Both the position numbers and the translations under genes were made by a program. Source: an uncultured Lachnospiraceae bacterium (lineage in GTDB: Bacteria > Bacillota > Clostridia > Oscillospirales > CAG-272). From it: a DNA stretch of 64,000 bases. Below are positions 17,022 to 27,044 of this stretch, one piece after another (the stretch's first letter is position 1; every line of letters starts with the position of its first letter). The notes under the pieces were generated by a model. It worked only from the letters and a program-made list of their open reading frames with translations. It had not been told where the DNA came from and searched no databases. The stretch is from contig CAZXAU010000012.1 in assembly GCA_964638675.1 (NCBI GenBank), positions 1,927 to 65,926 of the forward strand, given 5' to 3'.

Positions 17022-18023
17022 TTGAAAATCGCATTCTTTGATATGAAGGAATATGATAAGGAAAGCTTTGAAAAATATGACGGAAAGAACGGTCTGACAT
17101 TTGTTTTTTATGAAGCAAAGCTCTGCCGTGAAACGGTGTCGCTTGCAAAATACTGCGATGCCGTTTGCGTTTTTGTAAATGACGATCTGTCACACGATGT
17201 AATAGACGAGCTGTATGCACTCGGTGTACGGCTGATCGCTCTGCGTTGTGCCGGCTTCAACAATGTTGATCTGCAAGCGGCGGAGGGGAAGCTCACGGTG
17301 GTGCGTGTGCCTGCCTATTCACCGTATGCTGTTGCCGAGCATGCAATGGCACTGCTGCTTTGCATCATAAGACGAATACACAAGGCGTATATCAGAACAA
17401 AAGATTTCAATTTCAGTCTGCAGGGTCTCACGGGGTTCGATCTTCACGGTAAGACAGTCGGAGTTGTCGGAACCGGCAGGATCGGTAGAGTCTTTATCGA
17501 TATATGCAAGGGTTTCGGAATGAATATTATGGCATATGATAAGTACCCTACGGTGATATCGGGGGTTTGGAATGTCGGTCTGTATGAGCTGTTTGCAAAT
17601 TCGGATATCATTTCTCTGCACTGCCCGCTGAATGACGAAACACGGCATTTAATAAATAAGGACAGTATTGAGCTCATGAAAAAGGGAGTAGTAATAATAA
17701 ACACATCAAGAGGCGGACTGATCGACGCTGAAGCTCTTCTTGATGGAATCAAGGAGAGAAAAATAGGTGCGGCATGCCTTGATGTTTATGAGGAAGAGTC
17801 GGATCTGTTCTATTCCGACCGATCGGGACACATTCTCGGCGATGATGTCCTTGCAAGACTGCTTTCGATGCCGAATGTAATTGTAACCTCGCATCAGGCT
17901 TTTTTAACGCATGAAGCTCTTACGAATATCGCCAAAACAACGGTTGAAAGCCTTTTAGCCTTCAAAAACGGTGAAGATCCGAAGAATGTTATTTCGCTTT
18001 CTGAATTGCAGATGAAAATATAA
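17022..18023 (+). CDS. ldhA: D-lactate dehydrogenase (D-2-hydroxyacid dehydrogenase)
   Basis: From memory it is collinear with E. coli LdhA (AVCVFVNDD, ALRCAGFNNVDL, VVRVPAYSPYAVAEHA, GTGRIGRVF, HCPL, TSRG). It uses a TTG start. Confidence 0.85.
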   Translation: MKIAFFDMKEYDKESFEKYDGKNGLTFVFYEAKLCRETVSLAKYCDAVCVFVNDDLSHDVIDELYALGVRLIALRCAGFNNVDLQAAEGKLTVVRVPAYSPYAVAEHAMALLLCIIRRIHKAYIRTKDFNFSLQGLTGFDLHGKTVGVVGTGRIGRVFIDICKGFGMNIMAYDKYPTVISGVWNVGLYELFANSDIISLHCPLNDETRHLINKDSIELMKKGVVIINTSRGGLIDAEALLDGIKERKIGAACLDVYEEESDLFYSDRSGHILGDDVLARLLSMPNVIVTSHQAFLTHEALTNIAKTTVESLLAFKNGEDPKNVISLSELQMKI

Positions 18024-18074
18024 TTATAAAAACACAGCTATCGGTATTAAAATTGATGCCGACAGCTGTGTTTT

Positions 18075-18767
18075 TTATAATAATTTGAATAGATCGGATA
18101 TCCTGACGAGCGAGGTGCCGAAATTTATTTTTTTTTCTGTGCAGACAGACGCTGAATATCCCTGTATACAATTTACATGTGAAAAATAATATGCTTTTTC
18201 GTCAATTGAAAGACTGCCATCACTAAATGGAACGCAAAATGATGAGAGTGCACGTGAAAGTCCGTCACCGGTCAGTTTTATGAAGCTTTCTTTTTTTGTC
18301 CATATACGGTAAAATTCTGTTTTCTGTATTTCAGGATCGCCGATGCTTTCAAGGTATTGCGATTCTGCGTAATTAAAAAATCTTTTTGCAACATCCGACT
18401 TGTATGCAGAGATTTTTTCGATATCACAACCGATTTTACAGTCACCGATCACGCACATGGCATAATCTCCCGAGTGAGAAATGTTGAAATAGATTTCTTC
18501 TTTTTCTTTTAATGTTTTATTGAGTCTGAGAATCGGCTTGCCGTTTTTTTCGCAGGATATTATAACTTCGTCGGGGGATATACTATATTTGATCTTAAGT
18601 GCATATAAAAGCAAAACTGAGGCGGACAGCGAGAGCCTTTTGTTCTTATCGAATTTGAGTGAGTCGATATGTTTGCGTCTTTTATCCGATACCAGAGAAT
18701 ATGCCCTGTTATAATAAACTCCGTACAGCTCACGGCAATCGGCAAATAAAATCAGTGCTTCCGGCAT
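18075..18767 (-). CDS. Sfp-type 4'-phosphopantetheinyl transferase
   Basis: Motifs FNISHSGDYAMCV, GCDIEKI and WTKKESFIKLTGDGL are present. Confidence 0.85.
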   Translation of the reverse strand: MPEALILFADCRELYGVYYNRAYSLVSDKRRKHIDSLKFDKNKRLSLSASVLLLYALKIKYSISPDEVIISCEKNGKPILRLNKTLKEKEEIYFNISHSGDYAMCVIGDCKIGCDIEKISAYKSDVAKRFFNYAESQYLESIGDPEIQKTEFYRIWTKKESFIKLTGDGLSRALSSFCVPFSDGSLSIDEKAYYFSHVNCIQGYSASVCTEKKINFGTSLVRISDLFKLL

Positions 18768-18825
18768 AAAATTATCTCCTGTATTTTTGCGGCGTAATTA
18801 TTTACGCCGGTCTCATTGTGAGTGA

Positions 18826-18854
18826 ATTCTATCACATAATCGATCTTTTGTCAA
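18826..18854 (-). promoter_or_regulatory. sigma-A-type promoter of the PPTase gene
   Basis: On the minus strand: TTGACA (18854-18849), a 17-nt spacer, then TAGAAT (18831-18826). Confidence 0.45.
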
Positions 18855-19012
18855 TATTCACTTCGTGAACGAAGACCTGCGGCTGATCGCTTTACAATCC
18901 GAAAACAAAATACGCAAAGAAATACCGGGTAAAGGGATCACCTATTACACGGTATTTCTATAACTATGCCGAAACACCTTTTACAGACTAAAAGGTTCGG
19001 ATATGTCAGCTG

Positions 19013-19089
19013 TGGCCTACCCGACAGGATTCGAACCTGCGACCTACAGAGTCGGAGTCTGTCGCTCTATCCAGCTGGGCTACGGGTAG
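19013..19089 (-). tRNA. tRNA-Arg (anticodon CCG), CCA encoded
   Basis: I hand-folded a 77-nt cloverleaf. It has a 7-bp acceptor stem (CTACCCG/CGGGTAG), a D arm GCCC..GAGC, and an anticodon stem ACAGA/TCTGT with loop CTCCGAC. The T arm is GCAGG-TTCGAAT-CCTGT, with discriminator G followed by CCA. Confidence 0.85.
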
Positions 19090-19109
19090 TTATTTTCTCA
19101 GTAAGATAT

Positions 19110-19137
19110 ATTATACACATTTTAAGCGATTTGTCAA
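19110..19137 (-). promoter_or_regulatory. sigma-A-type promoter of the tRNA-Arg gene
   Basis: On the minus strand: TTGACA (19137-19132), a 16-nt spacer, then TATAAT (19115-19110), about 20 nt upstream of the tRNA 5' end. Confidence 0.5.
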
Positions 19138-19269
19138 CCGTATGACAAGAAAAAGTAATAAATTCCGATTAAAAGATTTAAACAATTTTTTATTTTTTCT
19201 GCAGCATTTAAATTTTAAGTTTTAAATCCGTAAGGAAATGTCGTAAAATGTAAAGATAATACATGCCGA

Positions 19270-19327
19270 TAAAAACATAAAAAACGGAACCGTGCCGGTT
19301 GCCCAATGTGGGGGGCGGCTCGGTTCC
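19270..19327 (-). terminator. rho-independent terminator downstream of spoVFB
   Basis: A long imperfect hairpin GGAACCG...CGGTTCC with inner GCC/GGC and GCCC/GGGC pairs. On the minus strand it is followed by a T-run (plus strand AAAAACATAAAAAACG). Confidence 0.6.
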
Positions 19328-19377
19328 TGGCTTTATTACTGTCCTGTTTTTTATTTTTCCGTGTATTTGTTTCATCC

Positions 19378-19950
19378 TTATGTTGTCGCCGACTTAAAAA
19401 GCGGAAACAACTGTTTGCCCTTTGAAGCCGCTGTGATCGCATCCGGAATAAGCGAAAAATCGGCAACGAGAGAAAAAGGCTTATTTATTGCATCGTCTTC
19501 AAGCATCGGAACGAAGTATATATTCTTTTTGCAAAACATTTCTGCGATATTCGAGAAATTACCCGACAGTCCGTCATTGCTTGAAAAAGCTATAACGAGC
19601 GGTCTGCCCTCTCTCAGGCATGCCTTTGCGGCAAGAGTTACGGGTGTATCGTAAATTCCGCAGTTAAGCTTTGCAAGTGTGTTTCCTGTGGTCGGTGCGA
19701 TCACCATGACATCGGGCTTCATTACAGGTCCTATCGGTTCGGCATCGATTATTGTGCTTATCATTTTTCTGCGGCAGATCTTTTCAATCGTGTTGACATG
19801 ATTTGCCCCTTTTCCGAATCTCGTATCGGAAGAGCAGAAGAAAGTACTGCATACGGGGATGATCTCATTTCCGATTGCCGCTTTTTCAAGAAGCGGATAG
19901 ATCTTTGACATTGTACAGAAGGATGAGGTGAATCCCCAACATATCTTCAT
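19378..19950 (-). CDS. spoVFB: dipicolinate synthase subunit B
   Basis: A flavoprotein-like sequence (VMVIAPTTGNTLAKLNCGIYDTPV). Its ATG at 19950 overlaps the spoVFA stop (ATGA). Confidence 0.85.
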   Translation of the reverse strand: MKICWGFTSSFCTMSKIYPLLEKAAIGNEIIPVCSTFFCSSDTRFGKGANHVNTIEKICRRKMISTIIDAEPIGPVMKPDVMVIAPTTGNTLAKLNCGIYDTPVTLAAKACLREGRPLVIAFSSNDGLSGNFSNIAEMFCKKNIYFVPMLEDDAINKPFSLVADFSLIPDAITAASKGKQLFPLFKSATT

Positions 19951-20753
19951 ATCTTTTTCCTTTCCGAAATCAGGCGGACTATTGCTCTGCCGAGTGCTCT
20001 GCCCGAGCTTTCGGGGGCATATTTCGACGGCAGTGCAGGACATACCGTACATTCGCCGCCATAGAGTCTGTATTTATCATGGTCGAATCCGTATGGCTTT
20101 GAAGCAAGCTCAAAAAAGTATTTTCCCGTAAGGGATATATCCGGCTTTTCGGGGAAAATCATATGCGGAACGGTGTTAATGATAATTTCCGAGGTTTTTA
20201 TCGCAGTTTGAATTTCGCATAGCTCAAATGTGCGGCAGGAAAGCGACCTTGCCTCTTCAAGAGCTTCTTTTTTTCTTGCACAGACTGCTATATTCGCACC
20301 AAAAGACTTTAAAAGAGGTATCAAGCCTTTTACGAGCATTCCGTACCCTGTCAGAAGTATATTGCTTCCGTTTATGCAGAAGGGAACTGCTTCAATGATC
20401 TTGGATAGTGCACCCTCACAGCTTGCAATATTATTTATACAGCGAAAGAATTCATCGCTCGAATAATCGATACATTCCCGATCTGACAGTGCTGAGAAAA
20501 AATCGGTATCCGAATAGCAAAATATACAGCCATCGTCTTTCAGCGATGAAAAAATATTTTTTATTAATTCATCTGATGCATCAAGAATTCTTTTTGCCGC
20601 CGGTGGAAGAATAAGAAAGTCAGCCCTTTTTTCAATCCTGTCATTCAGTGAATCATTGATAAAAAATGGGCGATAACCTGCTTTTTCAAGCTCTTTTGCG
20701 GCGTATTTCATACGCATATCTCCGCTTATAAGTGCAATATCTGTATCCGTCAT
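19947..20753 (-). CDS. spoVFA: dipicolinate synthase subunit A
   Basis: It has a Rossmann-like NILLTGYGMLVKG. ATG at 20753 follows SD AAAGGA. A possible sigma-K-type -10 (CATACAATA) lies upstream; this is tentative. Confidence 0.85.
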   Translation of the reverse strand: MTDTDIALISGDMRMKYAAKELEKAGYRPFFINDSLNDRIEKRADFLILPPAAKRILDASDELIKNIFSSLKDDGCIFCYSDTDFFSALSDRECIDYSSDEFFRCINNIASCEGALSKIIEAVPFCINGSNILLTGYGMLVKGLIPLLKSFGANIAVCARKKEALEEARSLSCRTFELCEIQTAIKTSEIIINTVPHMIFPEKPDISLTGKYFFELASKPYGFDHDKYRLYGGECTVCPALPSKYAPESSGRALGRAIVRLISERKKI

Positions 20754-20963
20754 ATTTCGGTCGTCCTTTCTTTTGTTTGTTCGGGGAAGAATTTTATTTC
20801 CCTTTTTTATTGTATGACGAAATAGTTTTTTTGCCATAGCCACAGGCTATTGACAATCTGTTTTTTTTGATGTAATATATTTAAAGATAGCAGAATATAA
20901 AATAAAATTTTGAAAAATGACTTATCCATAAATACGAAAAAATCTAACTTAGGAGGAGAACAT

Positions 20964-21422
20964 ATGAGCGAGGATATGAGCAGTGCCGATAAATTCAGAA
21001 AATCAATCAAAGAAAACGGTTTTGTTGCCTTTTCGAGCTCGGGTATGAGTATGTATCCCTTCCTCAAAAGCAGAAGGGATGTTTCGGTAGTTGTTAAGAT
21101 AACCGAAAAGCCAAAAAAATACGATGTTATCCTGTATGAGGATGAGTTTCACCGTCTTGTTCTTCACCGCATCATAAAATCGCAAGACACAAGGGCGTAT
21201 ATACGAGGGGACAATTGTAAAAGCGGTGAATGGGTGGATGAGAGCAATTATATAGGCATTCTTTCGGAATTCACGAGAAAGGGAAAAGACGGCAAGGTGT
21301 CGGATATCCGTTTTGCTGTATATTCGAGAATTGCTGTTTTTCTTCATCCTTTAGTAAAACTCAGAATATCACTTTCCGAGTGGTCATATAAAACATACCG
21401 CAAACTTTTCGGAAAGAAATAG
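20964..21422 (+). CDS. S24/S26-family peptidase-like protein
   Basis: The Ser box is SSGMSMYPFL, followed by VLHRII and IRGDN, resembling the LexA/signal-peptidase fold. SD AGGAGG lies before ATG 20964. Confidence 0.6.
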   Translation: MSEDMSSADKFRKSIKENGFVAFSSSGMSMYPFLKSRRDVSVVVKITEKPKKYDVILYEDEFHRLVLHRIIKSQDTRAYIRGDNCKSGEWVDESNYIGILSEFTRKGKDGKVSDIRFAVYSRIAVFLHPLVKLRISLSEWSYKTYRKLFGKK

Positions 21423-21467
21423 AATAACAGCATTTCTTTCTTCGTGTTTTATGACATTTTGCAAGAG

Positions 21468-22394
21468 CTATGCGGCAGAAACCTTCAGCGTTTCGTCAAT
21501 TGCTTCGGAAATAAGATGTGACAGCTCACGTGAAGCTATGTCACATTCTTTGAGTGAAACAAAAAAGTTTTTTCCGTCATTGAGCACCTCACGCAACGAT
21601 TCGGGGATATTATCACCGCATCCGGCCTTTTCAAGGGCATCGTATACGAGCGTAGACGAATCCACAACACAAGGAACACCTATTGCGATGACGGGGACGC
21701 CGAGATAATCCATTCCCAAAGCCTTTCTCGAATTGTTGACGCCTGAGCCGGGAGAAATTCCGCTGTCACAAAGCTGAACTGTACGCATCAGTCTGTCTGG
21801 TGAGCGTGATGCGAGCGAATCTATTGCAATGACGATGTCGGGTTTCACAAGCTCGCAGATCTTTTTTACGCTTTCGGCACTTTCAATTCCGGTTTCTCCG
21901 TACACTCCGGGAACCAATGCTGAAATTTCGGGCTTGCCGAGCTTTTCAAAGTAGCTTGACTCTCCGTTTTTGATATGTCTTGTTACACTGATCTCGCCTA
22001 CAGAATCGGGTCCTACTCTGTCGCTTGTCATATTCCTGTTGCCTAATCCGACGATCAGGTAGCTGTACTCACCGATCGGCTTTCCGCCGCCACTCGCTCC
22101 TATCAGCTCTTCGAGTGCCGATGATATTTCTCTTTTTACATTATTGTATTCATCCTCGCCCATCAGCCATGGCTTGCCGAATCCGATCGTAATATATTTA
22201 CCGATCGGCTTTCCGAGAATATTTTTTCCGTTTTCGTTTGTCACTTCAAGCTTGGATACGGTTACTCCTTGCTCGCGCCTTTCGCTGAATGATATTCCGT
22301 CAATATTTTCTGATTTTTCGCCGACCCGTGCACGGCATTCGGAGGCGAGGTCTGTACGTATATAGTCATTCTTCATCATTTTAATATTTTTCAT
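21468..22394 (-). CDS. gpr: germination protease (GPR endopeptidase)
   Basis: It has the N-terminal RTDLASE motif with length and pattern typical of GPR. The sporulation gene context supports the call. Confidence 0.9.
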   Translation of the reverse strand: MKNIKMMKNDYIRTDLASECRARVGEKSENIDGISFSERREQGVTVSKLEVTNENGKNILGKPIGKYITIGFGKPWLMGEDEYNNVKREISSALEELIGASGGGKPIGEYSYLIVGLGNRNMTSDRVGPDSVGEISVTRHIKNGESSYFEKLGKPEISALVPGVYGETGIESAESVKKICELVKPDIVIAIDSLASRSPDRLMRTVQLCDSGISPGSGVNNSRKALGMDYLGVPVIAIGVPCVVDSSTLVYDALEKAGCGDNIPESLREVLNDGKNFFVSLKECDIASRELSHLISEAIDETLKVSAA

Positions 22395-22557
22395 CCTTTC
22401 AGGTTATTATTAAAGATGTTTGACCTGACAGCATTTTTTTATTCATTTTTACCGGCTTAAATTCTATCGATTAAAGTCATTTTGCATAAAAATATCATTT
22501 AAAATTTGTGCAAGGAAACAAAAAATCAAATTATTTGTTTACTCAACGTTTTTTCAC

Positions 22558-22586
22558 TTGAAACTGCGGAAAATTAATGATATAAT
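22558..22586 (+). promoter_or_regulatory. sigma-A-type promoter of the peptide-binding protein gene
   Basis: TTGAAA (22558-22563), a 17-nt spacer, then TATAAT (22581-22586). Confidence 0.5.
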
Positions 22587-22649
22587 ACTACATATATATA
22601 AAGGAAATTGTCGTCAGAATATGACAGATGATTAGGGAGGTTGATCCTA

Positions 22650-24464
22650 ATGAAGTCCACAAGAAAAATAATCAGATTTTCGGCGCTTGTACTTTGCATT
22701 GTAATGGCAATGTCAGTGCTTTCGTCATGTAGCTGGTATAAGGAAATTGATAAAGCTTATACCGGTACAACTCTTTACGCAAGTCTCGGAGATATGCCTA
22801 CAACTTTTGATCCTATGTATGCCTATCTCAATGATAACGGTGTACAACTGCTTTCGCTTATCTATGAGGGACTTTTCAAGTATGACGCAAACGGTAAGGT
22901 TGTGAATGCAATGTGCGATTCATACAAATGGATCAAAAGAGATGCAAAGAGCGGAGAATATGTTGCTGAATTCACGATAAAAGAAAGTGCCTGGAGTGAT
23001 ACTGTTTCTGTAACAGCAAAGGATTTTGTCTTTGCATGGCAGAGAATACTCAATCCCGGTAACACAAGTGAAGCTTGTTCGCTTCTTTATGATATAAAGA
23101 ATGCAAGGGAAATAAGAACAGGAGACAAGGTCGTATATGAGCTTGGTGCTTACGCTGCAAGCGATAATGTTCTTCAGATTTCTTTTGCGAGAGAGGTAAA
23201 TCTTGACGAATTTATCGAAAACCTTGCAAGTCCGGCACTTGTACCGTTGCGTGAGGATATAGTTGATAAGGTAACCGACTGGTCGTCATGTGCGGCTATC
23301 CTCGTTTCAAACGGTCCGTTCTACCTCAAGACTTTCAAGCTGAATGATATGGTGAGATTTGAACGTAACCGTTATTACCTTCGTGACAATGAAGTTGATG
23401 ACATGGATAAGTATGTAACTCCTTACCGTATTGTTCTGTATATCGGAAGAGATTACGAACCGGAAGAAGGAGAGGAGAAGACATTTGATAACGTATACGA
23501 GCTGAACAGATATCTCTACAATGAGGGAATCGTCAAGTATTACGCAAATGTCGGAAACGATTATAAAGAAGAATACAGCTCTTTTGCCAAAGTTTCTTCA
23601 ATGAGTACACACACCTATGTATTCAATGAAAACAATCCGTTGTTTGCAAATTCGGAAGTAAGAAGAGCACTTTCGCTTGCAATTGACAGGCAGGAGCTTG
23701 TGAAAAGTGCAACTACTGCCGCTACGCCCGCAAAGGGAATAGTGCCGGACGGCGTGTATGAGCTTACTTACGGCAAAAAAGCTGCTTCATTCCGCAGTGC
23801 CGCAGGCGATTTGATTTCGTCAACTGCCAATATAGAAGAGGCAAAGAAAATTCTGAAGGAACAGGGCGTCACATCAGGCAGTTTCTCGATTACTGTAAGA
23901 GAGCTTGATGAAACAGCCGTCAAGACAGCCGAATACGTCAAGAAGGTATGGGAATCTCTCGGGTTCAGTGTTTCGATAAATAAAGAATCGGCAAGAACTT
24001 ATGATAACAAAGAACAGGGATATGAAGGTCTTGTAAGCGACAACTTCCTGAAATGCTATAGTACAGGAAAATTTGATGTCATAGCTATAGATGTTCAGCA
24101 GATCACCAACAATGCTTTTTCGGCTCTTGCTCCCTATGCAACAGGCTTCTGCGGAACCGGAATCGACCTTTCCCAGCCGATAGACGACACCATCAAGGTA
24201 AAGCATATAAGCGGATATTCTTCTGACGAATATGACGAACTTATTGAGAAGGCATTTGCTGAGACAGACAGCACCAAAAAGGCAGAACTTCTGCACAAGG
24301 CAGAAGAGCTTCTTATGAAGGATATGCCCGTAATGCCGCTTTATGTGAACGGTTCGCTCAGAAGTGTTTCGTCTGATATCAGCGGATATAAAGACGGGTA
24401 TATGGGAGTTGTTAATTTCACAAAAATGAAGGATAAAACATTTGTTTACGAACCGGCAGAATAA
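22650..24464 (+). CDS. ABC transporter substrate-binding lipoprotein (family 5, peptide/oligopeptide type)
   Basis: It has a lipobox LSSC after the signal peptide and the size and pattern of SBP_bac_5. ATG at 22650 follows SD AGGGAGG. Confidence 0.85.
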   Translation: MKSTRKIIRFSALVLCIVMAMSVLSSCSWYKEIDKAYTGTTLYASLGDMPTTFDPMYAYLNDNGVQLLSLIYEGLFKYDANGKVVNAMCDSYKWIKRDAKSGEYVAEFTIKESAWSDTVSVTAKDFVFAWQRILNPGNTSEACSLLYDIKNAREIRTGDKVVYELGAYAASDNVLQISFAREVNLDEFIENLASPALVPLREDIVDKVTDWSSCAAILVSNGPFYLKTFKLNDMVRFERNRYYLRDNEVDDMDKYVTPYRIVLYIGRDYEPEEGEEKTFDNVYELNRYLYNEGIVKYYANVGNDYKEEYSSFAKVSSMSTHTYVFNENNPLFANSEVRRALSLAIDRQELVKSATTAATPAKGIVPDGVYELTYGKKAASFRSAAGDLISSTANIEEAKKILKEQGVTSGSFSITVRELDETAVKTAEYVKKVWESLGFSVSINKESARTYDNKEQGYEGLVSDNFLKCYSTGKFDVIAIDVQQITNNAFSALAPYATGFCGTGIDLSQPIDDTIKVKHISGYSSDEYDELIEKAFAETDSTKKAELLHKAEELLMKDMPVMPLYVNGSLRSVSSDISGYKDGYMGVVNFTKMKDKTFVYEPAE

Positions 24465-24624
24465 TACCCGGGGTAAACAATAGAATATCTTATTAAGGGT
24501 TGTCGTGAAGACGGCAACCCTCGTTTGACTTTATAAGTTACATGACTTTTTATTTACTGAATAAATGCGTTATATCATTTGAAAATGATAATGAAAAGCA
24601 AACGACGAAAGGAACCTGAAAGAT

Positions 24625-25164
24625 ATGCAGGAGCTCAGAAACAAAGAAGATATAAAGGTATTCATACTTTATTTACTTGACAACATAGGGATGCCGCTGA
24701 ATCTTACAAGAATCAACGACATTGCAATGCAGGATGATTTTGTAAGAGGAATTGATTTTATGGAGTGCTTTATGGAGCTTGTTGACAACGGAAGCATATC
24801 TATGGACACTTCTTCGGAAGAACCGCTTTACAGTATTACTCACAAAGGTTCGGAAGCTTCGAGAACGCTAAAGGATAATCTTTCGGGATATGTGAGAGCA
24901 AGGTCGGTTAAAAGTGCATTGAAATATCTCTCTTTTGAGAAAAAAGGTGCAAGTATTGAAAGCCGTGTGGAAAATATCGGCGATAAAAAATTGCTTGTCG
25001 GAAAGATAACCGAAAAAGGCTCGGAAGTATTTTCATTTTCTTTTGCACTCGAAAACGATTATCATCTTCAGCTTATGAAATATAATTTTGAAGAGGATCC
25101 CGAGAGAGTATACAAGGCGTTTATGGCAATACTTATGGGTGATTCAAAGTCGTTCGGGATTTAA
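24625..25164 (+). CDS. DUF4364-like protein
   Basis: The N-terminus IKVFILYLLDNIGMPL is reminiscent of the DUF4364 family. No function is known. Confidence 0.5.
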   Translation: MQELRNKEDIKVFILYLLDNIGMPLNLTRINDIAMQDDFVRGIDFMECFMELVDNGSISMDTSSEEPLYSITHKGSEASRTLKDNLSGYVRARSVKSALKYLSFEKKGASIESRVENIGDKKLLVGKITEKGSEVFSFSFALENDYHLQLMKYNFEEDPERVYKAFMAILMGDSKSFGI

Positions 25165-25348
25165 AAAAACGAATGGTATAACGGTATAGGTAAAGAATAC
25201 GATATTGCCTTGCGGCTTTTTTGCCGTTTTGAGCGTTGTACACAAGCGGCATCGGAATTCAAACTAAAGTTTATTATGATAAATTATTTTAATTTATTGT
25301 TTTTTTAGATGTTTTTTTCAAAATGCTAAAATAATTGTTAAATTACTA

Positions 25349-25377
25349 TTGACAAATTGTTGAATTGTTGATATAAT
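25349..25377 (+). promoter_or_regulatory. consensus sigma-A promoter upstream of the sigma-factor gene
   Basis: TTGACA (25349-25354), a 17-nt spacer, then TATAAT (25372-25377). Confidence 0.55.
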
Positions 25378-25393
25378 GAGTTAACCTAAATCA

Positions 25394-25975
25394 GTGACCG
25401 AAGAAAATGTCATATTTTTTGTAATGGCAGAGGAAAAAAACGTGCATAAGAACGAAAATTCGGAAAGCAATCTCGAAGATCTTATCAGATCGTCCGCACA
25501 GGATGACGGTGAGTCGTTTTCTGAGCTATGTGCGATGTATGACAAAATGCTACAAAAGGCGGTAGCCACGCATTCAGTGAATATGGATATGCCGAAGGAA
25601 GATCTTTTTCAGGAGGCAATGTTGGCGTTCTACCGTGCTGCAAAGAGTTATAATATAGGTTCGGCGGTGTCCTTTGGATACTATGCACGCAAATGCGTGA
25701 ATAATGCACTTATCTCGCTAAGACGAAAAGAAAAGAGTGCAAAAAGAAAAAAAGTAAAGAGTACTGCCGATGTTTTGCATATGCCTACTCATTCTGTTAA
25801 TGTGTCGTTGGATGAGTGTGCAAAAGTGCTGACGGAATACGAATTCGTGGTGTTCAAGCTTTATGTGATGGGTAAAAGTTATGATGATATTGCTACGACT
25901 GTCGGAACAAACCGAAAGTCGGTGGGCAACGCAATTTACAGAGCCAAAGTTAAAGTACATAAATCCTATGAATAG
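25394..25975 (+). CDS. sigma-70-family RNA polymerase sigma factor
   Basis: Region 2-like QEAMLAFYRAAKSY and a region 4 HTH (YDDIATTVGTNRKSVGNAIYRAK) are present. The start is uncertain (GTG 25394 or ATG 25424) and neither has a clear SD. Confidence 0.7.
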   Translation: MTEENVIFFVMAEEKNVHKNENSESNLEDLIRSSAQDDGESFSELCAMYDKMLQKAVATHSVNMDMPKEDLFQEAMLAFYRAAKSYNIGSAVSFGYYARKCVNNALISLRRKEKSAKRKKVKSTADVLHMPTHSVNVSLDECAKVLTEYEFVVFKLYVMGKSYDDIATTVGTNRKSVGNAIYRAKVKVHKSYE

Positions 25976-26113
25976 ATGAAATAATCAAATATAATTCAGG
26001 GATAGCTTCGTCCGGGTGGTTCAAACAGCAGAGCATTGCTGAAATAACGGCAAAAATGACGGTGCAAATCCGTTCTTGGACAATATCAATAAATCGCAAA
26101 GCGAGGAAAAAAC

Positions 26114-26392
26114 ATGTATCAGGACATCACATTAAAGTGCAGAGACTGCGGAAATGATTTCGTTTTCACAGCAGGCGAACAGGAATTCTATGCACAAAAG
26201 GGGTTTGAAAATCAACCTCAGAGATGCAAAGAATGTCGCATTTCGAGAAAAAACGCAGTAAAGAGTGAGAAGGAATTCTTTACGGCGATCTGCTCCGAAT
26301 GCGGTAATGAAGCAAAGATCCCTTTCCGTCCTTCAACTGACAGACCTGTATATTGCAGTGCTTGTTTCAGTGCAAGAAAAGGACAGCAGTAA
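26114..26392 (+). CDS. zinc-ribbon protein (two CxxC pairs, twice)
   Basis: CRDCGNDFVFTAGEQEFYAQKGFENQPQRCKECR plus a second copy CSECG...CSAC. SD GAGGAAAA lies upstream. Confidence 0.7.
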   Translation: MYQDITLKCRDCGNDFVFTAGEQEFYAQKGFENQPQRCKECRISRKNAVKSEKEFFTAICSECGNEAKIPFRPSTDRPVYCSACFSARKGQQ

Positions 26393-26670
26393 TCCCGGCA
26401 ATTCATTCAATTGTAACTCTTTTGTTAACCGAGCTTTGAATGTTTAATGACTTCACCTGAAACCATCTGGTTTCTGCTGTAGGAAAAGGACTTGCAAAGA
26501 TCATCTAAGGCTGTTTTATCGGTGAGTCATTGCTTTTTTTGATGGGTCTGATAATTCTGAGAATAACGCCTCTGCAAAACAGATTTCAGTTGGGTAGAAA
26601 GCTTCTGAATGCGAATTCAGACAATAACTGAATAAAAACGAGAGCTTGGAAGCTTTTTGAAAGCAGAAAG

Positions 26671-26702
26671 CGGCGTGACATCAAACGATCACGCCGTTTT
26701 TT
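26671..26702 (+). terminator. rho-independent terminator
   Basis: CGGCGTGA / TCACGCCG 8-bp stem with a 10-nt loop, followed by TTTTTT. Confidence 0.7.
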
Positions 26703-26963
26703 GCTTTTAAAAATATATTGCCCGTCATTTCACGCTGTCATTGTTTATTCTGATCTTAATATCGGCGTATATATCAATATGGAACACATTATAGCTGAAA
26801 GTCATGATATGTCGATCGATTTTCGGTTCCGGGCTTTGAATTGCAAAATGACGGCAATTGAAATGGTGAACGACCGTATGTGAAGCAAATTATTGATTAA
26901 AACGTTTTGTATATAATAACAAGAAATAATCGAAATAAACTCTGATGAATAGAAAAAAAGTTG

Positions 26964-26992
26964 TTGATTTTTTGCAATAAATATGATACAAT
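26964..26992 (+). promoter_or_regulatory. sigma-A-type promoter of the polysaccharide cluster
   Basis: TTGATT (26964-26969), a 17-nt spacer ending in TGA (extended -10), then TACAAT (26987-26992). Confidence 0.45.
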
Positions 26993-27044
26993 TAACTTGT
27001 GTTATTATTTGAAAAATACTTGTATGATGATGAGGTTCAATATT

